Below are positions 52,741-64,000 of a stretch of 64,000 bases of DNA, in pieces. Where the stretch lies: positions 61,876,001-61,940,000 of the forward strand of contig NW_025963890.1 in assembly GCF_023055435.1 (NCBI RefSeq), in the 5' to 3' direction. The stretch comes from Haliotis rufescens (lineage: Eukaryota). The notes below the pieces were generated by a model. The model had not been told where the DNA came from, did not search any database, and saw nothing but the letters and a program-made list of their open reading frames with translations. Each line of letters starts with the position of its first letter. Position 1 is the stretch's first letter. Made by a program: the position numbers and the translations under genes.

Positions 52741-53149
52741 TTTATTGAAAGTTGTTCATTAATTGGAAAATACAGAAATGCCATGTTTTAGGTTCATCTA
52801 GGAGAAGTAGTTGTCAGATAAACAGTATCATATTGCGGAACGTATCCCTGTGTACATTACAGTATCAATATCCCAGCTTGGCTATTGACAGCTGAACTCC
52901 TTTCATGATTTAATCAGTTGTCAGTGACAATTAGCTAATTGGACAAGGCAACGAGTCTCGTGTTGTTATTGACCCTTGAGTGATTAATGATTAACACGTT
53001 TGTGGCTCTCAGATAATATTGCATAGTTGGGCTATCCGATAACAAAGTCTTTTGATATGATTGATAACACCTAATCCATAATTACATCATAGAGATTATC
53101 AAAGAATTACACAGATGAAAGAGAATAGGTCCCATACCAGCAAAAGCCT

Positions 53150-53405
53150 AACACTTTTCACTGAAGCATACAGTGGGCCATTGATTGTAAAAGATTGTAA
53201 TGTGAAATATTTATTTTGTAAACCAAATCTCAGCAAATTACGCAAAAACATGACATATGAAGGAATAGATATGTCCTGTACTTGAACAAGCACAACTCTT
53301 TTCAGTGAAGCATAGAGTGGTTCATAGAGTGTAATGTGAAATATTTATTTTGTAAACCAAATCTCAACAAATTATACAAATATGTGACACATAAAGGAAT
53401 AGAAT
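53150..53405. repeat. Tandem duplication of about 135 bp
   Basis: tgtaatgtgaaatatttattttgtaaaccaaatctca occurs twice. Confidence 0.8.
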
Positions 53406-53483
53406 GAATGCAGAAACAGAATAGTCTCAATCTTTGCCCAGATATTAATGCGATATTTTCAAATCTTTCTGCCAAAACTGGTA

Positions 53484-53595
53484 CAAGGCTGCATTCGACA
53501 AAACGATTGTGGCACTACGACTGACGAAAGTCTATGTTAAAGTATGGTAATTATGATCATCTTTGCGCTAAGATCGTTTTGTGGAACGGGGCCTT
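53484..53595. mobile_element. Short Harbinger-like MITE
   Basis: Imperfect TIRs AAGGCTGCATTCGACAAAACGAT / ATCGTTTTGTGGAACGGGGCCTT. Confidence 0.6.
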
Positions 53596-55675
53596 GATCT
53601 CTTTGGGCAAGTAGTGTGCAGATGTTTGCCTAACTGTGGTACAGGTGTGTTTGCCTAACTGTGGTTCAGATCTCTTTGGCTAACTTGTGCTCATCACATT
53701 CTCCTTAGTGGTATTGTTGGTCCATCCAAAACAGTGTTTATTTAAACCTGCTCCAAATTAAAGATAAAGAAATATGATCTGGCATTTGCAAGCTGCTGAA
53801 TGATGGTAACAGAACTGGACGGTCATACTCCTCACTGACTACTGGTGGTCAACCCTTGACCCCCGTTGGTTGCGGAAATACTACAACCAATCAGTAATTG
53901 ACGTGGGACAATCGGTAATAAGCGACTGCCAATCTGCGGTTGATGGTGGTCGTGGACACCATTGATGAGAAGTTCCATTGTATCAAGTTGTGTATACTCA
54001 GTAATCTTGTCCACAAACCCAAAATATAATGAAGTCTAAATTGGATCAGCTGAGATTTGGGCCAGCAAATAAGGCAGGATGAAAAGGATTGCATCGTAAA
54101 ACCATGGACAATCAATTTGAAGATGGTGGGAGCTTGTATGGTTATTGGCACATGAATTCAGCTCTCGTTCCGTGACCTCAGGTCCATTTTTCACTGGCTG
54201 GTGACCTACGCCATCTTGTTACTGAACCAAATTGGTCATTCATATCCCCAACGACCATCTTTTGTATAAATGTGTCTATATGTGCACATTGCACCATGGT
54301 TTTAATGAAAATTAATGTGTTTTGTGAATAACGATACTACTAAAAGTGACTAAACCAACTTTCAGTAGTTGAGCAGGTCCTGTGAATGTTTGCATTTTCA
54401 GTGTCAGTAATTTACAGAATTAGATAACTGAATTTTAACCAGAGCAACTATGATACAAATGCACAGCCTACCATGTTTGAAGATCTATGAAAGGTTCAGT
54501 GACAAGAATATCCATCATAATTACCCCCCTAGCAGGTTCTGAAGACCCAGGTTCGATTTACACCCACCCCCCACTTCTCTATGGTGTTAAACCATATTCA
54601 CTCATAAGAATTAAACCTGTTTATTCCAAGATAATTGACTTAAAATTATTAATAACAGTAACTCCGTAGCATGAGGTCTATCTATATAATTTTCAGCTTT
54701 GTATGTACATTCACATCATTATTCATTGTCGTCACAAATAACTAACTGTATAGTTACGTTCCTGCGAATAAACTTTTGTATTGTATTAAAGAAATAACGA
54801 TCACAAATTAGCTCCGAAGATAGCACAAATACAAAGCTTTGAATAAAATAAAATGTCACCAAACAAAGAAGTTTTCTAAGGATTGAAGTTCTGCAGCAAT
54901 GTGTGGGGTTTCCTCCAGACGGTGGGTAGGTGCAGATTCCGGAATGTCATCCCCCATGCCAGGGTGCGAGATTAGTTTATTTGTGTCCTCTGGACCACCG
55001 ACTTCTGCCATTCGTGAGTGGGAGGAGGAGAGGAAGAACATGGCAGCCTCCAGACTGAGACTTGGTGCCATCCTCTCTCAAATCTTGGACATCATATTCC
55101 TGTTTTACTCACAGACTATACATAACATTGAACTATCGCCTGTAAACTTAATGAAATTTTAATGAGTAAACTTTAGCCCACAAATTGGATTCAATTTTAA
55201 GGTTAAAACATATGGATCAATACCAGAATAGTGTGGAGGAATTTGAGCGAAAAACTCCTTCAAATTTGACAGTGATCTACAAAAACCTGTTAAGTAATGA
55301 AATGAAGTCAAGAGAGAAATGGAAGAAAATATCCTGCATCAGATACAATAAACCATAAATTAGATTTGGAAAATATCAAATCTGCATAAAAGAATCAGAC
55401 ATTGGAATCAGATTAAAACCGTATAAATGGCAACCATTCCAGTCTTGGTGGGGAAAAAGACTTGGAGATAATGTAATAAGATGCAGGCAGATGGTGGACG
55501 AAGTGACTAATACGAAGCTGATAAGCAGAGCATCTGCAAATAAAATATCCAGGGTACGTTGTGATGCTTAAATAATGCCTGGCCTTTTCTTATTGGCTGC
55601 TGCATCATTGTTATGGCTGAAATAATTCAACGATGCACCATGATATAGAATTCAGTGATATATGCTACACAAAAG

Positions 55676-56133
55676 AACTTGTAGAACAAACATAGGTTAC
55701 TCAAGACCTATATTCATTTGGTCAACTTGAAGAACAAACATAGGTTTCTGGGGACCGATTCATTGGTCAAACTTGTAGAACAAACATAGGTTTCTGGGGA
55801 CCGATTCATTTGGTCAACTTGAAGAACAAACATAGGTTTCTGGGGACCGATTCATTGGTCAAACTTGTAGAACAAACATAGGCTACTGGAGACCGATTCA
55901 TTTGGTCAACTTGAAGAACAAACATAGGCTACTGGAGACTGATTCATTTGGTCAACTTGAAGAACAAACATAGGCTACTGGAGACTGATTCATTTGGTCA
56001 ACTTGAAGAACAAACAGGTTTCTGGGGACCGATTCATTGGTCAAACTTGTAGAACAAACATAGGTTACTCAAAACCTATATTCATTTGGTCAACTTGTTA
56101 AACAAACAGGTTACTGGAGACCTTGGTCAACTT
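55676..56133. repeat. 46-47-bp minisatellite (about 10 units)
   Basis: Unit GAACAAACATAGG...GACCGATTCATT(T)GGTCAA(A)CTTG. Confidence 0.95.
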
Positions 56134-57384
56134 GAGTGAACTGTGAGGAGGTGGATAATGGCTGTAATGTAATGTATGCCGTGTGTTAATAGTTGGTATA
56201 GCACTTAGAGGATAAGTAATGAATACTTGTAATTGTAGATAGGTCCATTTGGCAAAGTGATCATAGTTTCACCAACAGCTTTTCTGTTTCTCCATTATTG
56301 GTGTGTTGTTATAATAGCAAAGTAGTTATCAATAAAAAAGGAACGATCTAAAAAAAATTTTAAAAATGTAATTTCATGGATTGATATGTGTAATTTGATA
56401 CCTTATTCCGGTTTTCCTTCTGTAAAATTTATGTTAACTGGAATGCAAAATAGCTCATTTTGTTGGAAGATTGTTATCTGAAAGGCCTTGTAAATTGTAT
56501 TTTTTGATTTACGAAATGTTTGGACTATTTTTTAAGTTCTATGTAGGTGGTAGGAATAAAATATATAATAATTTTCACCTTCCCGATTACTTCTGCAACT
56601 AATGAATGAAAATCAAACTTGTAGGTCACACCATCACAGGAGTATGATTGCTAAGTGATTTCGAAAAATAATTGATTGAATTTTGGGTTAGAATATAAAA
56701 GATGTGTATACGTATTATTCACCATTGCATGAAAATGTACTTTTTGACATCTCTGCGTAAGTTATAGTCATATTTTCGATACATACTGTGACATTAGTTC
56801 CATGAATATTTATGGTGTGGTATAAATACAATATTTATAAAACTAACATATATGACTATTAACATTGAATGCAAACTATTTGGTGACTCATGACCTCCTG
56901 AGAAAATACCTGAAATATTTACTTCACTTTAACCATGTATCCAACTTTCCCAGCTTGCGAAACATTTGAGATGAATGAAGCTATCTCGTCAATGGCACTT
57001 GAATTAAAGTATCTACTGTAAAAACATACTACCAGAACGACCCTTGACCTATAACAACCGTAACCCCCTATCTGTCTCGCACGGTCGCTGATCTGTATTT
57101 TTATGCTGTGATGTTATGCCTGTACGATTCAGTACCTCTCTTCCGTGGAAGAAATGCTTAATCCTTTGTCTGCTCTGGATACACATGGTCAGTGATACTG
57201 TGTGTTAATGTTAGCAGTTTCGTACATACACCTGAGCATCCTCAAGCTGATACTTTTTTAATGATAGGATGTTGCTTCACAGAATTCGGAATGGATTCTT
57301 TTGAAAATACAGTAGTATTTCAAGGTAATGAGTTAATGGTTTGTGTAGGCGATAAAAATTATGAGAGTGTGGCAGTTTTTCTCT

Positions 57385-57495
57385 TTGTTTGTTGTTTAAC
57401 GCCACACTTAGCAATATTCCAGCTATATGACGGTGGTCTGTAAATTATCGAACTGAACCAGATAATCCACTGATTGACACGACCATCGATCTACT
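57385..57495 (-). mobile_element. Family B 3' fragment
   Basis: tttgtttgttgtttaacgcc...gcaatattccagctatatgacggtggtctgtaaa. Confidence 0.8.
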
Positions 57496-59749
57496 CAAAC
57501 ACTGTTGTTACAGAATGAGTTGATGATGTGAGGTTGGCACGATGATACTTTTAGAGAGGTTATTATGCGATCAGTTTTGTCAATATATAACTTTTTCCTG
57601 TATAAATGTGAGTAAATTATTTTGTGGATCTCGCCTCCTTTTGAATAGATTTAAAAATATGATGGACATTTTTTACCAATCTTTTGTTATGTTTCTGTAG
57701 GGACAAACAAGCACTTTTCTTTAAAGTTAATATTGTCATTAAGCTTTTGAACAAAACTGATTGAACAAAACTGGCTGTATGCATGATGAAGGGTTAATTT
57801 TGTTATTGTGCAGATTCCCTCCCTGTATCTCCATCAGCGTAAACATTGTGTGTTTGACTTGATGTGTTTCTACAGACTTCTCCGGATATGAAAACTTCCA
57901 ATGGTCTGATTGACTCGCTTCATTATACTCACAATCTGCTATCCACATGAAAAACTAAACATTAATTCATCAGGATGAGGTTTTGGTTTGTTTTGGTGGA
58001 GTTGGTGCCACGGCAAACTTTCAAATAGCCATACTGGTATATCAAGAGGTAGGTTGTGGGTATCTTTGTCAAACACTTTAGGCATCTCCCTCGATAGCCC
58101 AGTCAAAATGATATGATACATTGATATTTTGAATCAAAGGACCTTATGGACTTATACAGGGAATTGTTACGATCATTTGCTGACAAAATAAAATATGGTA
58201 TCTAGTCTAGGATATTAAAACATGAGTGACTTTTATTGCAAAAAGATTTTCCAATTTTGATCCAAATCGGAAAAGTCATCATCACAATGCCAGCAAGGAA
58301 AGAGAATTGTCTCCTCCTTGTTTTGGAAGGTTGGTTGTTTGACCCTCGGCAGTTCTGTAGACGTTCCAGGCATACCGTTCAGGATACGATCGTTAGTGTA
58401 CGGATCCAACACACACAAAAACACCCCCTTCTATGCGACTGTCTCTCGTCTAAATAACCTGGTTTGCAAATGGGTCTCCCATCTTTTTAAAAGTTTACAT
58501 GCTCCTACTGTGAAAAGACATTCAGTTTGTCAGCTTTTGTCAATAGTAAAGTCGCATGGACTGTGTTGTACAGAATTCTGGTCGTAAAGATGAAGCAACG
58601 CCAGAGATGGAGCCAATGAGGTGTACATACGTGCCTTTAATACAAAGGATGATTTTTTTAACATCATCCTTGTTGAGAGGCACGGTGTAGAGGGTACTTT
58701 GAAATGTGTTTCATGTTTGTATTGTAATCTGTATGTTCATACTGTGTGTCATCTCAGAGATATTGACATCTTAGATTATTATGAAGCAACTGAGTCATTA
58801 ATCGTAAAAAATATTTGAAATATATGCGACTAAGAAAGTTATGGGAACCTGATTCTTTTATATAACTACAATTAATCTGTCGTATGAAAGATTCCGGTGA
58901 TCCTTAAGTTATTATTAGTAGTATATTTATGTCATAACCTATTTGGATAATTGATATTTTGAAGTTGAAGATGATTGAAACAGTTGCTTCATATGATTGA
59001 AACTGGTGGGTTTATTATTTTTTGTGAAAACTGTGTACAATCCATTTTTGGATTTGTTTACTTTTGGGAAAGGAAAGCTTTATTTATATAGTATTTTGAA
59101 AAATTTGCAATGCGGCTTTATGAAAAGTGGGTTTTGTTTCCTTTGGAAGAAGAGAACATGTTTTTTATTATGTTAAAAAATGGGGAAGACATTCAAGTTT
59201 GTTTGCTTTTGAAAAAGAAAAGATTTTGTTGTTATGAAGGCCACCATTGTGTTGTTTTTCTGTGGACTGTACATGCTTTTTCAGAAAATACCCACACAGG
59301 TTTCATATCTTTTTACAAAGCCATTTCAAAGAACATGAATTAATACTGTTTATTATGCACATGACTTGCATGCCAGGTTTGTAAACAATGATTATTGGCT
59401 TAGGCTTGTTTTTCAGGTGTGTAAACGTGAATAACGCTGTGTGCTATTGAGAAATGATATTCATCTGATATTCAGGAGGACAAATCCTTCACGAATAATA
59501 GTCTGGCATCATTTATCCTCAACAAACTGGGCTTTGATGCCCCTAACTTGACTGGGATTTTAGCCACAGCAGAATGTATACACGCACATGTTTGTGACAT
59601 AAGCAGTTCTTGGAAACTGTGTTTTCTCTACGTCAAGGAAGCGGCATATTGGCACTTTAATTCTATCATTTAGCTATAGTACTCAGGACTTACATGCGGA
59701 GGTGCTAGAACCAGATCACACAACAGCTAAAACTCCACTGTTACTGAGT

Positions 59750-59910
59750 TGTGGGCTTAGCCCAGTAGTTAAAGCGTTTGCTTGTCACACTGAACATGCT
59801 GAAGACCCTGGTTTGATACCCAAAGTGGGTACAATGTGTGCAGCCTGTTCTTTGTTTCCCTGCCAATATTTGAATTGAATTTTGCTAAAAGTGGTGTAAA
59901 TCCATCTCTT
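59750..59910 (+). mobile_element. Family A tRNA SINE, diverged
   Basis: gttaaagcgtttgcttgtcac...gggtacaatgtgtg...gctaaaagtggtgtaaa. Confidence 0.78.
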
Positions 59911-60612
59911 TCGCCACAGTAATTAAACTGTGTTTATTTTAAAAAAAAAATTAAAAATAAGGGGGTCATAGGTCCTGTGGTTTTACTGTTTTTAAGATGT
60001 TATGTCACTCCAAGTAAGCTGTATAATCCGCAAACTGTTACCATGGCAACGTACATTCCAACCAGTACATGTTACCTCATACCTGACTAACAAATAATCT
60101 TGAAGTTAATGATGTAAAAACATAGCACATGTGGTCCAAGTCATGCCATGACCTTTGCCCTTTGCCCTTTGCCCTTAGGGATTTTGTGACATTGACAGGT
60201 GCTTGAATGACTGCAGTCCCAGGTACAGATCACATGGCACACTTGAACTCAGGGATGATCTCATTATTCTTTCCCAAAGGCCATTAGCATGGCCCAGGGG
60301 AAAGTGACCAGCGGTTTGTTTACCTGACAAAGGATTTGTTCTGTCAGTGATCAACACCTTGAAATGTTAATGTACTTAATGTTAAGGAGGTGGATTGTCT
60401 TTGTAAAGAGAAGGAGGCAGTTGTACAGGATACCCTTCCTGTCAGCTTGTGTAGAATTGGATGCTATCATTCACCTTGAGTGGAATGAATATCTGCATAT
60501 AATTTAATATCAGTCAAGAAGATGAAAATAGGCAAATCCAGTAAGCTGTATGAAATCTGCAAATGAATAAAAATAATTATAGAGAGATATGTATTGTGTA
60601 ATAAAAGATTTG

Positions 60613-60858
60613 ACCCGTGAAGAATTCCGGGTAGAGAATAGGTCTTCAGGAACCAATGCTTGCCGTAAAAGGTGACTATGCTTGTCGTAAGAGGCAACTA
60701 ACATGATTGGGTGGTCAGGCTTTCTGACTTGGTTGATGCATGTCATCGATCCCAATTGTGTAGATCGATGCTTATGATATCAGTCACTGGATTGTCTGGT
60801 CCAGACTTGATTATTTACAGACTGCTGAGGGCGGCGTTAAACATCAAACAAACAAACA
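60613..60858 (+). mobile_element. Family B short retroelement, double-hairpin type
   Basis: TSD AATAAAAGATTT on both sides fixes the 5' start at (G)ACCCGTGAAG. Confidence 0.92.
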
Positions 60859-61619
60859 ATAAAAGATTTCCTCCCTTCATATGCTGAATAAAATAACCTC
60901 CTGCTTTGAAGTACTTTGGGGGTTGAACTTTCAGATTTTGTTTTGGTGATGGAAATATATGACCTGTGTATATGCTTATTAAGTCTTAATTAGTCTGGTT
61001 AGTAGTCGGTGAAAGTTGCTTTGAGGCAACCTGTGATTGTCCAACAGCATTTGGTAGTACTTATGAATTTGTACTAGCCTTCGGCTAAGGGATAGTGTAC
61101 ACAGGTGTCACATGCTGATTGACTTGTCTTGTTCATGACTCATGTAATTGTGTGGAAATTCTGACTTTAATGGAGGTAATATATATGCCTATTACTGATA
61201 AACATCTCACACTCCATTTGTCAGTTGTGTCGGAATATCTCATGTCTTGCGTGTACTTTTACCAGCTCCCATCGTTGTTTAGAATTTACAATGTTGCTCA
61301 TGGCTGCCCTGTGTTGTCTTGAGTTGTCTCCCTGTTGCGAGGGTCCATGGTCATGGGTTTGAATCCCAGATTCCCCTGAATACGATCCTTGGAGCACCCA
61401 GCCTGTGGTCATTTTTTTCCTCAAGTTCCAAAGGCCTGTGGCTTGCATCACTTTTGACTCCCAGGCACAATAAGCTGGTGTGCTGTGATACGTGGTGTGT
61501 TAGGGCAGCATTTGCTGGACATCCCGCCATGTATTAATTGATATGCCACTTTTACTATGACTATCTCTGAAACATCTCTTCCTCTTGCATACTTATGCTT
61601 TCTCTGTCTCATGTTGGGA

Positions 61620-62125
61620 GGCAAGGATGACCTTTGCTCTTGAGACGCCTAAAATCACTCTGCAGAATTGTGTCCCAAAAGCATGCTTGAATCCTCTGTT
61701 CATGGGTTCGAATCCCAGATTCTCCCTTACTAATGCTAGGTTTGTCAGGACCATTCCCCTTTTCCTGGGATTCACCAAAGTGGTAAATGTCTGAGACCTG
61801 CATCCCTTCTGGCTGTTCTCCACATCAAGCCCGGTTAGAAACAGTCTTCAGCAACCCATTATGATGTAATAGGCGACTAACAGGATCGGATGGTCAGGCT
61901 CCCTGACTTGGTTGATGCATGTCATCGATCCCAATTGCGTGGATCGATGCTCATGATGTCAATCACTCGATTGTCTGGTCCAGACTCAATTATTTACAGA
62001 CCGCCATCATATAGCGAGATTATTGCTGAGTCCGGCATTGAACAACAAACAAATAAACATCAAGCTGAGATGCCGTGGTATAACAGAAATACTGTTCAAA
62101 GCGGCGTTAAACCAGACTCACTGAC
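61620..62125 (+). mobile_element. Family D SINE interrupted by family B (61831-62056)
   Basis: The D body resumes after the insert; TSD ACATCAAGC at 61822-61830 and 62057-62065. Confidence 0.88.
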
Positions 62126-64000
62126 TGTCATATTGTTGATGTGATGTGTATCTTAGTCACGAACATCTCCCTTCATCTCAATGGCCATGCGTGGTTACCC
62201 CCATTCCTCACGCGAGAGAGGTATGTGACACACATTCTTGGTACCTGCCCCACACCTCAGCTGTTTCGAAACTGCAACAACGTAAAAAACACCTTCACAC
62301 CTTTTTCCTCCATCCCTCTTTCTCTCTCCTCATCCTCCCCCTCCTGCTGAGTCACCTGGCTGCTGATTGTCCTCTTTCTCACCTGTATGTACCTACAGTA
62401 TTGTATCTCTTTACACGGCACATTCACAAGCCCAAATTAAAGTACATGGTGGTAATTCCCCAAGTTTTCAATTTCCCCAAACAAATTGTGACACCTAATT
62501 CCCAGCCTTTCTTCCTGTCCGCTTGTCTGTAAGCCTCTGATTTCCACCCACAAAAAGTGAGTAATCCCTTGCCAAATCAGTGCCCTCATTATTTTGATTG
62601 TGATTTTGTGATTGGGGATCGGGGCTTCTTTCTGTGAAAACAATGTGCCATTGTTTTGATGGGTGCAGTGTCAGGGGGACAGGAATTGGGTCAACCAAGT
62701 TGTAAAAATTCCTCATGTGTATATTTGTTGTTGAGTGTGGAATGCAGGGGTGTACTGTGTTAAAGCTGGTTATAATGCATGACCCAGATATCATTTATGT
62801 AGGACAGTATGAACAGTCAGGGGCACTTCAAATAATCACCTGGTACTTCAAATTTATTTTTGTAATCATTGGTTCAAATTTGTAAATTTTATGTTAAGAA
62901 TATCATGAATAAGCCCTTTATTTTTATTTCAAACAAACACATAAGCAACTTACATAACACAAAGTATTAATAAATGTTAATGAAATGTGGGATTATATGC
63001 TTTGTGACAGTAAATCCTTGGTAATTTTTTCTGGAAATGTTTTCGCTATGCTATAATACATGTATAAGAGAAAACAGGGGTAACTTTGTTAGCTTACAAG
63101 AACCTACGTCCATTCGCACAGCCATCCTGAATAGCCCTAAATGTTGACGGTAGTTAACTGTGATCACAGCCCTGTAAATACTCCCCCTTTGTTGCGCCAA
63201 CTTTGCACTGTGTTCAAGAGTTAAGTACGAGTGAATTTGAAGCCATTATATCAATGATTGAGCAATTATTCCCAAAACAAATTCCAGTTTCATTGGTATG
63301 GTCAAGCTGGAGTGGTGATGTGCTATTTTTGAATTTGACGACTCAACTGGGTCCTTAAATGTCACTTGTGCTTTACCACAAGGGGAACAGGATTTCATAA
63401 TTTGGATTTTGATAATGCCAAGCTCTGGTTGTGAATGAATTGCAACTGTTCAGAGTTTTTTTGTGACAAGTGGAAACTTGTCTAATCTGTGCGTTGGATG
63501 ATAACGGGAAATGTCAGGGTGCTTATGCTTCTGTAATTACGGAAGTGTAGGCCACGAGGGTTTGTCCGTGCGAGTGTATGTGCCGTGAACGCATAGTATA
63601 ACTTGACACACAACGTGTCGATGTCTGTCCACCCACATGCCTCCAGACTCTCGACACAGTGGCCCCACGACAAGCAACTCCCACAGATCCTGCCACATTA
63701 TCCACTCTGTCCATTAGCAATATCATTGGGTCTTCTTGGTCTCCTTGTTTAATGAAAATATTCAATTATGTTTTAGAAATATTTATGATTATTTGTGTAG
63801 AATCGGTTGTTTGGATCAAAGATAAGTATACATGCAAGGGGTATTTGTAATTTTAATTCAGGCTTTGTGTGTTTTCGGAAATCATCCTTCATCTTGAAGA
63901 GTATTCAGTCAGTCAAGAATGCGAGACGAAGGTTCAAGTTACTATCACCCTCAGAACTTGTATCACATCAAAGCAGAATAGGAGGGCTTGTCTCCTTCAC

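Noticed and set aside
54899-55162. 87-aa GC-rich ORF
   Set aside because: No recognisable homology and no convincing splice-site pair.
55676-56133. CRISPR-like array with palindromic repeats
   Set aside because: The variable parts are only about 8 bp and recur, so they are not unique spacers.
57739-58700. Cluster of short ORFs suggesting a decayed gene
   Set aside because: Manual translation showed no recognisable domain or consistent frame; BLASTX would be needed.
61033-61055. miR-219-like sequence TGATTGTCCAA
   Set aside because: Only the 5' half matches, and the surrounding hairpin is short with the sequence on the wrong arm.
63482-63850. GC-richer block with short ORFs
   Set aside because: No coherent exon boundaries or protein similarity seen.

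Overview
Eukaryotic, AT-rich, repeat-dense DNA that is almost entirely non-coding. From its SINE repertoire it is most likely a gastropod mollusc such as abalone (inference). None of the long ORFs in the track is credible: they are translations of satellites or SINEs. The best gene evidence is on the + strand: a 74-nt exon-like segment closed in all three frames (5528-5601) and a 100-nt exon (50439-50538) encoding a signal-peptide-like N-terminus, MRMYVCFLAVLVSALVRRAHTS. Most of the window is therefore probably long 5' introns of a gene for a secreted or membrane protein that continues beyond the window. The introns hold about 40 copies of four short retroelement families. A is a tRNA SINE with an (ACTC)n tail. 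B has no tRNA head, a pseudoknot-forming 5' end and an (AAAC)n tail. C is a tRNA + Meta/Deu-like SINE. D is a tRNA-Leu-like SINE with an expanded head. There are also several MITEs (Kolobok-, hAT-, Harbinger- and Tc1/pogo-like) and many minisatellites. Main leads: (1) a nested pseudoknot with HDV-like topology at the defined 5' end of family B, a candidate self-cleaving ribozyme; (2) candidate recursive splice sites (AG|GT), one of them at the signal-peptide exon; (3) a strong SINE orientation bias that could reflect avoidance of (GTGAGT)n donor arrays on the sense strand.
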